Positions 1 through 5,883 of a DNA stretch of 30,814 bases are shown piece by piece. The notes beneath the pieces were generated by a model. The model was not told where the DNA came from and did not search any database. It was given only the letters and a program-made list of their open reading frames with translations. The position numbers were made by a program, and so were the translations under genes. Position 1 is the first letter of the stretch. Every line of letters starts with the position of its first letter. Source of the stretch: a virus (Duplodnaviria; Caudoviricetes); the IMG/VR virus record IMGVR_UViG_3300025356_000006, positions 1 to 30,814 of that record; one strand, 5' to 3'.

Positions 1-6
1 ATAAAG

Positions 7-909
7 ATGAGTAACCTAACACTTAGACAAGGCTTTGCGCCCCAAACCATGAATGAAGCAATTCAGTTCTCTGAGATGCTTTCCAAGTCCCAGATGGTCC
101 CAAAACAATATCAGAGCAAACCTGAGGATATTTTGGTGGCTGTGCAGTGGGGCTATGAGATTGGATTAGCACCTATGCAAGCACTTCAAAACATTAGCGT
201 CATTAACGGGCGCCCCAGTGTTTATGGTGACGCCGCTATGGCTCTGGTCCAGTCCAGCCCAGCTTGCGAGGACATCGAGGAGTTTATGGAAGCTGAGGGC
301 ACACCGAACCCGGTGGCTGTTTGTATTGCTAAGAGGAAAGGACGCAAACCCGTCACGGCTAAATTCTCTGTGGAAGATGCCAAACGCGCTAATCTGTGGG
401 GCAAACAAGGTCCTTGGACCCAGTACCCTAAACGTATGCTTCAGATGAGGGCTAGAGGCTTTGCGCTCAGAGATGCGTTTCCAGACGTTTTAAAGGGTCT
501 TATAACCGCCGAGGAGGCTCAGGACTACCCTACTGAGGTCATCGAGGCTCCAAAGCCCATACCGCGCCCCCTAGAGGTTCTTGAGCAATTGGACGCAGAG
601 CCGCCTGAGGGACACATTGCTTTGTACGTTCCCGGCAACCCCGACCCATACTCATGGCACGAAGATACCGCGGCATGGATTAAGGCTTACAAACAACTTG
701 TCCACAAAATCAATTCCTCACAAAAGCTCACGACTGAGGAAAAGGACAAAAAAATTTGGGGGCTTGAGACGGCTAACGCCGCGGTAATTGAGGAGTTTGA
801 CTCTATGGACAGAATCAAGCTCAAAGCGGCTATTGCTGAAACTGGAGTTGACCCGTTAAAAAAGCCGCCAGTGTCTCAAGACAAGGTACTCAGCGAGAGC
901 GAATCTTGA
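7..909 (+). CDS. recT: RecT/Redbeta-family single-strand annealing protein with C-terminal extension
   Basis: N-terminal ~175 aa shows the RecT-type pattern (MVPKQYQSKPEDILVAVQWGYEIGLAPMQALQNISVINGRP ... W..YPKRML..RA..FALRDAFPDVLKGL..AEE). A Pro-rich linker and an unassigned helical domain follow. Confidence 0.85.
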   Translation: MSNLTLRQGFAPQTMNEAIQFSEMLSKSQMVPKQYQSKPEDILVAVQWGYEIGLAPMQALQNISVINGRPSVYGDAAMALVQSSPACEDIEEFMEAEGTPNPVAVCIAKRKGRKPVTAKFSVEDAKRANLWGKQGPWTQYPKRMLQMRARGFALRDAFPDVLKGLITAEEAQDYPTEVIEAPKPIPRPLEVLEQLDAEPPEGHIALYVPGNPDPYSWHEDTAAWIKAYKQLVHKINSSQKLTTEEKDKKIWGLETANAAVIEEFDSMDRIKLKAAIAETGVDPLKKPPVSQDKVLSESES

Positions 910-914
910 GGCAC
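844..914 (+). promoter_or_regulatory. Predicted -1 programmed ribosomal frameshift cassette
   Basis: SD-like GGAG at 844-847, 10-nt spacer, in-frame A_AAA_AAG at 858-864, 6-nt spacer, then an 11-bp stem GTGTCTCAAGA (871-881) / TCTTGAGGCAC (904-914) with one G-U pair. The -1 frame is open from 852 to 1097. Confidence 0.8.
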
Positions 915-1097
915 CTACAAAGTGGACACACCATCACACCACTTGAAGCACTCGAACAATTTGGTTGTTTCCGGCTTGCGTCCCATATCGACGTTTATCG
1001 AAAAGCCGGACACAGAATCTTTACAAAAATGGTTAGTAATGGCGGCAAAGAGTTTGCCGAATACAAATATTTATCAGGAGAAACCACGCATGGCTAG
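864..1097 (+). CDS. Winged helix-turn-helix domain (HTH_39-like), probably translated as the -1 frame extension of RecT
   Basis: The -1 frame reads AASVSRQGTQRERILRHLQSGHTITPLEALEQFGCFRLASHIDVYRKAGHRI. The first helix (TQRERIL) lies upstream of the track's TTG start at 906, and there is no in-frame ATG/GTG between the stop at 849-851 and 906. Confidence 0.75.
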   Translation, partial: AASVSRQGTQRERILRHLQSGHTITPLEALEQFGCFRLASHIDVYRKAGHRIFTKMVSNGGKEFAEYKYLSGETTHG

Positions 1098-1344
1098 TAA
1101 CTATCAACCGGTAGAGAGCAAGGGCATTCTTACGCCTAGCGCCTACTTGCAAAAGACAAACGCAAAAGCACCCGATTTCAAGGGAAAAATTATGCACAAA
1201 GGAGAGGTGGTTAACATCTCTGCTTGGTGGCGCAAATCCCAGTACGGCGAGTTCTTAACGCTGTCTGTGGATACGTTTGTACCTCCCAAGGACACTTACC
1301 CCAAAGAGGTAAGACCAAGGGGTGATATGGACGTTCCGTTTTAA
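1090..1344 (+). CDS. Small SSB-like (OB-fold-like) DNA-binding protein, 84 aa
   Basis: AGGAG at 1076-1080 precedes ATG 1090, a better start than GTG 922. It has a PDFKGKI...ISAW...FLTLSV core and an acidic C-terminal DMDVPF tail typical of SSBs, and lies next to recT. Confidence 0.6.
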   Translation: MASNYQPVESKGILTPSAYLQKTNAKAPDFKGKIMHKGEVVNISAWWRKSQYGEFLTLSVDTFVPPKDTYPKEVRPRGDMDVPF

Positions 1345-1366
1345 ACTAACTTAACTAGGGGATAAC

Positions 1367-1657
1367 ATGAGGAAATTTTTAATCTTAAGCGCTTTTTGCG
1401 CCGCGGCTCACGCAGGAAACTTTGCCCAAACCGACAACCTTTCGGGCGGCAAAATTGTCATCATGACCGAGGCTTGTGCCAAAGACGCATCTATGTCCAG
1501 AGCGTACAACTACACCAGCGACGGACGCACAGAGGACGGCTGTTGGAAGTACGATAACGACACGGTTGTTATTCAGTGGGAAGTGATTGGGCGCAGACGC
1601 TACCCCATCAAATACTTTTCTCTTATGAATGAATACCGCGAATTTAAAGCGTTTTAA
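1367..1657 (+). CDS. Exported small protein of unknown function
   Basis: RBS AGGGG. The N-terminus MRKFLILSAFCAAAHA looks like a signal peptide with an AHA SPase I site, and the mature part has two Cys. Confidence 0.7.
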   Translation: MRKFLILSAFCAAAHAGNFAQTDNLSGGKIVIMTEACAKDASMSRAYNYTSDGRTEDGCWKYDNDTVVIQWEVIGRRRYPIKYFSLMNEYREFKAF

Positions 1658-2035
1658 ATGAAAGCCATTCTTGTATTGCCGCTCAGTCCAAGCACCAACA
1701 CTTATTACCGTAAGTACAACAACATTATGGTCATAGGCAAGGAAGGCAAAGCATTCAAGCAAGCAGTACAAGAATATGTGTTAGTTAACAAAGTGCCTAA
1801 ATTTAGGGATAGAAAATTGAAAATAACAATGGTGATTAGCCCAAGAGATAAGCGCAAAATTGATATTGATAACCGTATCAAAGCGGTTCTTGATGCGCTT
1901 CAAAAAGCAGATGTGTTCCATGATGATTTTCAAGTCGATCATTTAGAGATGATTCGCGGCGAAGTCATCAAAGGAGGACAACTGCTTGTCACCATAGAAG
2001 AAGTGCCCCCCATCAACTCAGAGGTGAGTCCCTAA
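1658..2035 (+). CDS. rusA: RusA-like Holliday junction resolvase
   Basis: LPLSPSTNTYYR at the N-terminus, RKIDIDNRIKAVLDALQ catalytic motif, and DDFQV motif. Confidence 0.9.
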   Translation: MKAILVLPLSPSTNTYYRKYNNIMVIGKEGKAFKQAVQEYVLVNKVPKFRDRKLKITMVISPRDKRKIDIDNRIKAVLDALQKADVFHDDFQVDHLEMIRGEVIKGGQLLVTIEEVPPINSEVSP

Positions 2036-2079
2036 GGGACAGTTAGGAAACTTGAGGAGCGGAGGTTCTGAGTAGCTCC
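2028..2079 (+). other. Candidate structured RNA element (hairpin plus H-type pseudoknot) in the leader of the GT-A gene
   Basis: GTCCC-TAA-GGGAC hairpin at 2028-2040. Crossed pairings: GGAAACTT (2046-2053) with GAGGTTCT (2062-2069), and GGAGC (2056-2060) with GCTCC (2075-2079). Confidence 0.35.
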
Positions 2080-2102
2080 ACCAATAACAACCAAGGAATA
2101 AT

Positions 2103-2885
2103 ATGCCAAAGAAAAAAAATGTGGTGCCAATTAAAAACGAAGATAAACCTATTCATTTGTTTATAGCAACCCCTATGTACGGAGGAATGTGCACGGGGTT
2201 TTATACGCAGTCTATTCTCAACCTACAAAATGTATTTAGAAGCTCGGATGTCACAATCAGTTTTTCATTTATGTTTAATGAGTCGTTGATACCCCGAGCC
2301 AGAAATGCGCTGGTCAAAGGCTTTTTGAATAGCAATGCAACTCATATGATGTTTATCGACGCCGACATTAAGTTTGAGGCGGGTCATGTTCCTCATATGC
2401 TCAAAGCCGACAAAGACATTATCTGCGGCATTTATCCCAAGAAAGAAGTCAATTGGCAATCCGTTAAAATAGCCATGGACGCAGGAGTACCAGACGATCA
2501 ACTCAAGCACTTTACGGGTTCTTTTGTGGTCAACCTAGTTAATTACAGCATGGAAGTCACGGTGCCTGTGGATAAGCCTGTGGAAATATGGAATGGCGGC
2601 ACTGGGTTTATGATGATTAAGCGAGAAGTGTTTGAGCGTTTGGAAGACAAAGTGCCTAGCTACATGAACAACATTGTGGATTTATCGGGTCAACTCAAGC
2701 AAGACGAGATTAAAGAATACTTTGCGACCAGCATAGAAGAAGAAACGAGGATATTGCTCTCAGAGGATTACCACTTTTGCAAACTGGCTAGGACGCACGG
2801 CATGAAAGTCTGGGCGGCGCCTTGGGCTAACCTTGGTCACATGGGTTCTTATTTGTTTGAAGGTCAACTAATACCCTCACCATAA
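2103..2885 (+). CDS. GT-A fold glycosyltransferase-like protein
   Basis: IATPMYGG, ESLIPRARN, DxD motif FIDADI, GTGFMMIKREVF, LSEDYHFC and LGHMG motifs. RBS AAGGA. Confidence 0.75.
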   Translation: MPKKKNVVPIKNEDKPIHLFIATPMYGGMCTGFYTQSILNLQNVFRSSDVTISFSFMFNESLIPRARNALVKGFLNSNATHMMFIDADIKFEAGHVPHMLKADKDIICGIYPKKEVNWQSVKIAMDAGVPDDQLKHFTGSFVVNLVNYSMEVTVPVDKPVEIWNGGTGFMMIKREVFERLEDKVPSYMNNIVDLSGQLKQDEIKEYFATSIEEETRILLSEDYHFCKLARTHGMKVWAAPWANLGHMGSYLFEGQLIPSP

Positions 2886-2887
2886 GA

Positions 2888-3031
2888 TTATCTTTTGGCT
2901 GTACGAGCGGCTTTACGAAAAGCATCCGCAGTAGGATACCCGGCTTGTCCGGGGCGCTTGGCAGGAAGACCCGCTTTGCGTCTTTTGTTTATGTTGTAGT
3001 ACAAACCACGTTTAGCTTTAGGAGTTTTCAT
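2888..3031 (-). CDS. Small basic protein, 47 aa (not in ORF track)
   Basis: Hand translation gives MKTPKAKRGLYYNINKRRKAGLPAKRPGQAGYPTADAFRKAARTAKR*. Its start overlaps the upstream stop (ATGA at 3028-3031) and it fills the gap exactly. Confidence 0.8.
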   Translation of the reverse strand: MKTPKAKRGLYYNINKRRKAGLPAKRPGQAGYPTADAFRKAARTAKR

Positions 3032-3270
3032 CTGCAATGCCACCTTCTCAGTGATGCTTTTGCTCTGGTAGCTGGTCCTTTAGATTTTCTAACAACGCCT
3101 TTCATACGAGCACAAAATGAATTATGTCTTGAACCTGATTTCTGGGGCGCTTTTAAGTTTGAGCCTGTTGCTCTGTTATATTTTGCCCGTCCCTTGGCAG
3201 TTAGTCCTGCCCCTTTGGATGCAGGGAGTTTCTCTTTTCTTCCTTGCGACAGACTAGTTGATTTAGCCAA
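3028..3270 (-). CDS. Small basic phage protein of unknown function
   Basis: K/R-rich, with a GLTAKGRAKYN...NLKAP...SFCARM...LRRW pattern recognised from phage hypothetical proteins. GGAG upstream of the TTG start. Confidence 0.75.
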   Translation of the reverse strand: MAKSTSLSQGRKEKLPASKGAGLTAKGRAKYNRATGSNLKAPQKSGSRHNSFCARMKGVVRKSKGPATRAKASLRRWHCR

Positions 3271-3682
3271 AGCTCACTCCTTCCTTAAGCTGTGCAATGG
3301 TTAGTCCTTGTGTGTACTGAAAATGCGCCATTTCTTTAAATGTCTTCCAGTCTCCTGCCCACTCCAGTCCAGCTTGTTTGCCAAGCATAGCCACTGATTC
3401 CCACACGGGGTGACTTGTGTCCCAGTCTGGTTTGCCTCCTACAAGAGGCACAACATCAACAGCAACACGGTAATTATGGTAAGACTCACCACCTTTAGAA
3501 TTGGTGACAACGTACCCTTTGGTTGTCCGTCCTTGGGCATACAAAGCATCCTGACTTTCAATATCGCGGTATGTAGATGTAATAAGCAAGTCAATATTGT
3601 TGTCCGCGCAAAGAGCCACAAAATGCTCAACCCTTTCTTTAACTTCAGGAAGTAATTCATCTAAACTCCTAGAATTAATCAT
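3263..3682 (-). CDS. Endolysin, M15 family (L-Ala-D-Glu peptidase-like)
   Basis: TYRD..SQDALYAQGRT, SYHNYRVAVD (SxH...AxD), and GLEWAGDW..FKEMAHFQ zinc-peptidase motifs. Confidence 0.9.
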   Translation of the reverse strand: MINSRSLDELLPEVKERVEHFVALCADNNIDLLITSTYRDIESQDALYAQGRTTKGYVVTNSKGGESYHNYRVAVDVVPLVGGKPDWDTSHPVWESVAMLGKQAGLEWAGDWKTFKEMAHFQYTQGLTIAQLKEGVSFG

Positions 3683-4173
3683 TTGCTTGCAACTCCTTGA
3701 ACTTTTTCGATGGTTCTAAGACCGCCTATGCCAAGCATACCCGTTAACAACTGCCAAAGATTATCATCAAGACCCGGCAAAGGAGGCAACACAACACCAA
3801 ACAAACTTGCTATGGTTCCGCTCAGAGGGCGCAAAAGATATTGATAGGCTAAAGCAAAAGCACAAATCCAACCTATTGCTGGACGCCAACCCGATACAAA
3901 AAGATTAACATTTTTTGCTTCTTCAACATCTACTTGAACCTGAGCCATTTGCAAAGCAATGCCATTGTCCGCCATATGCTTTTGAAAATCCAAATCAAGT
4001 TCTTTAAGTTTTATTAAATCTGCGCCGGTCATACCAGACAATGTTTGCTGGATGCCTTCAACGGTTTTATCTGAAGCTCCTAATTTACTAGCCAAAAACT
4101 CCGCCGCGGCTCCTGCAAGTGGACCGCCTAACGCAGTGGCAATCGTTGGCGCAATTTGTTCAAGCCAATTCAT
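3679..4173 (-). CDS. Holin (3TM, GTA-holin-like)
   Basis: APTIATALGGPLAG at the N-terminus, FVSGWRPAIGW and MLGIGGLRTIEK motifs, hydrophobic segments, and position adjacent to the endolysin. Confidence 0.75.
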   Translation of the reverse strand: MNWLEQIAPTIATALGGPLAGAAAEFLASKLGASDKTVEGIQQTLSGMTGADLIKLKELDLDFQKHMADNGIALQMAQVQVDVEEAKNVNLFVSGWRPAIGWICAFALAYQYLLRPLSGTIASLFGVVLPPLPGLDDNLWQLLTGMLGIGGLRTIEKVQGVASK

Positions 4174-4403
4174 TTATCTACCTTTGAATCAAGTTTGTCA
4201 AAAATTTTATCTAAAATACTTTCTAACTTGTCAAACCTAATATTGATTTCATCTTTGCGAACATAATGTGTTGGCAAATTAACTTCTAAATTTTTAATAT
4301 CATCTTTTAAGTTTTTAACGGCAGACCAAAGCTCACGACCAAACCAACCCAAAACAGTAAGCGCGGCTCCTATTGCTAAATTAAAAATTTCTTGGTTTTC
4401 CAT
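4170..4403 (-). CDS. Single-TM coiled-coil protein in the lysis cassette
   Basis: N-terminal hydrophobic helix followed by heptad-like segments. ATGA overlap with the holin. Confidence 0.65.
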   Translation of the reverse strand: MENQEIFNLAIGAALTVLGWFGRELWSAVKNLKDDIKNLEVNLPTHYVRKDEINIRFDKLESILDKIFDKLDSKVDK

Positions 4404-5195
4404 TTAATACGCCGCTGATGTTGCTTCATTAAGAATTAAAATTCCGCCTATGTTAACGCTTACAACCGCAGAGGTAGCGGCGCTACTGGCTATTTGAAAA
4501 CGCAAATCTGTTCCAGCCGCGTAAGGGAATGGATAATGTCTTTGCACTTCATATGTAGTGTTGTAAGGAGTTTGAACAATAACCCTTTGCACGCCACTTG
4601 AAGAATTTGTTAATGCTCTATATGTTGTGTAGTTGGCAGTATTACCATTGAAAGATGAATATGCGCCGTATCTCCAACCGTAGAATGTGTACCCAGTTGG
4701 AACGGTATACACACCCATTTGAGAAGTTCCAATACTGGTGGTTACTCCTCCAACAGTTGTTGTATTTATCTGAGCGTAGACGTTACCACCGCCAGACAAA
4801 GTGACAACGCCACTTGGATTGGTAGCCGAGCCAACAGAAACCGCAATATTATTGATACGAAAATAGCTATTAACAGTAGTGACATTGGTCGTTCCATTCA
4901 GGACTAAATTCTCACTAAGAAGATTGTAATTAGCATCCAAGCCACTGATTGTGATAGTCGCCGTATCTCCTACCGCATTACTTACTAAAGTCATTGTGGA
5001 GGCGGACGACGGAAAAACATAATCTGCGGTGGTCATGTTCTCCCATACGGTTCTAAACAACCCGGCAGTAGCAGGCGTTGTTCCGTAAGCAAAGATGTTG
5101 GCGGGTGCGTGGTAAGGTATTTGTCCTCTTGAAACCTGAAGCTCAAAAGGCTCATATCTCCCATGCAGAGACATTGAAAATGTTGATTGAGCCAT
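4404..5195 (-). CDS. Putative beta-rich virion protein
   Basis: 263-aa S/T/G/V-rich ORF coupled to neighbours in the late unit. Function not recognised. Confidence 0.55.
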   Translation of the reverse strand: MAQSTFSMSLHGRYEPFELQVSRGQIPYHAPANIFAYGTTPATAGLFRTVWENMTTADYVFPSSASTMTLVSNAVGDTATITISGLDANYNLLSENLVLNGTTNVTTVNSYFRINNIAVSVGSATNPSGVVTLSGGGNVYAQINTTTVGGVTTSIGTSQMGVYTVPTGYTFYGWRYGAYSSFNGNTANYTTYRALTNSSSGVQRVIVQTPYNTTYEVQRHYPFPYAAGTDLRFQIASSAATSAVVSVNIGGILILNEATSAAY

Positions 5196-5443
5196 CAGTA
5201 CACCTTTTTGCCGCCACCAGTAGTGGGAGATAGTTTTGTACTTACTGGGCGCTCAGAAAAATCAAAAACGCTTCTATAACCGCCTTTGGGCATTGTTCCG
5301 GGCGTCCAAACTGGTTGACCCATTTGAGTGTTATCAGATGGTTTTTGGGGGCGTACTGGCTTGGCGTATTTTTGCCCCCAATTTAAATTGTCTCCGCCTT
5401 GGGGTACGCTAGACTTCTTCTCTAGGTCTTTGTAATCCTTCAT
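5195..5443 (-). CDS. Small basic, probably disordered hypothetical protein
   Basis: GGAG RBS, and TGATG overlap with the next gene. Confidence 0.7.
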   Translation of the reverse strand: MKDYKDLEKKSSVPQGGDNLNWGQKYAKPVRPQKPSDNTQMGQPVWTPGTMPKGGYRSVFDFSERPVSTKLSPTTGGGKKVY

Positions 5444-5633
5444 TTTTGCTCTCCTTGTTTTGTATCACTAAATAACTGAACACCACAAATATCAATAGAG
5501 TGGCTACTCTGTCCCACTCTGGACCCCACATGGTCCAACAAGCCAGAGCGCACGACATGGATAGACCCAAAATCGTGATGAGCCGGTCTGTAATGACCCC
5601 TAACGCTAGACGTACCAAGGCAACTGCTTCCAT
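5409..5633 (-). CDS. Small two-TM membrane protein
   Basis: AAGGGG RBS, two hydrophobic segments and a charged C-terminus. Confidence 0.7.
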   Translation of the reverse strand: MEAVALVRLALGVITDRLITILGLSMSCALACWTMWGPEWDRVATLLIFVVFSYLVIQNKESKNEGLQRPREEV

Positions 5634-5673
5634 GAATATCCCCTTCTTTGTAAAAGATGTTCATAGTTTAACC

Positions 5674-5883
5674 TTATTCGTCATCATCTCCAACCCCAAA
5701 GCCACTTCCCCATTCATCATCTTGCATTTTCATCTTAATGGCTTCAAGTTTGAGCGCTCTATCTAAAACTTTGGTTTTATCCGTAATGGTTGCCTGTGAA
5801 TCAGCCATAACTTCAGTCAGCATGGTTGAAATAGCTTTTTCCAGCTCTGGATTGATACCCTTGTCTTTGACTTTTTTAATCAT
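5674..5883 (-). CDS. Hypothetical helical protein, 69 aa, acidic tail
   Basis: Start reassigned to ATG 5883 (MIKKVKDK), which overlaps the upstream stop as ATGA. Confidence 0.7.
   Translation of the reverse strand: MIKKVKDKGINPELEKAISTMLTEVMADSQATITDKTKVLDRALKLEAIKMKMQDDEWGSGFGVGDDDE

Noticed and set aside
922-1089. Track start of the 140-aa ORF at GTG 922
   Set aside because: It overlaps the HTH coding frame. ATG 1090 has a clear AGGAG RBS and gives a coherent SSB-like protein.
2033-2071. Stop readthrough from rusA into the GT-A gene
   Set aside because: An in-frame TGA follows after 11 codons and the GT-A gene is in another frame.
2041-2080. Hammerhead ribozyme (GAAAC and CTGAGTA present)
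   Set aside because: CUGANGA is not matched and the three stems cannot be built in the required order.
5665-5693. Minus-strand promoter TTGGAG-17-TAAACT before the lysis-side genes
   Set aside because: The -35 is weak and lies within coding sequence; plausible but not supportable.
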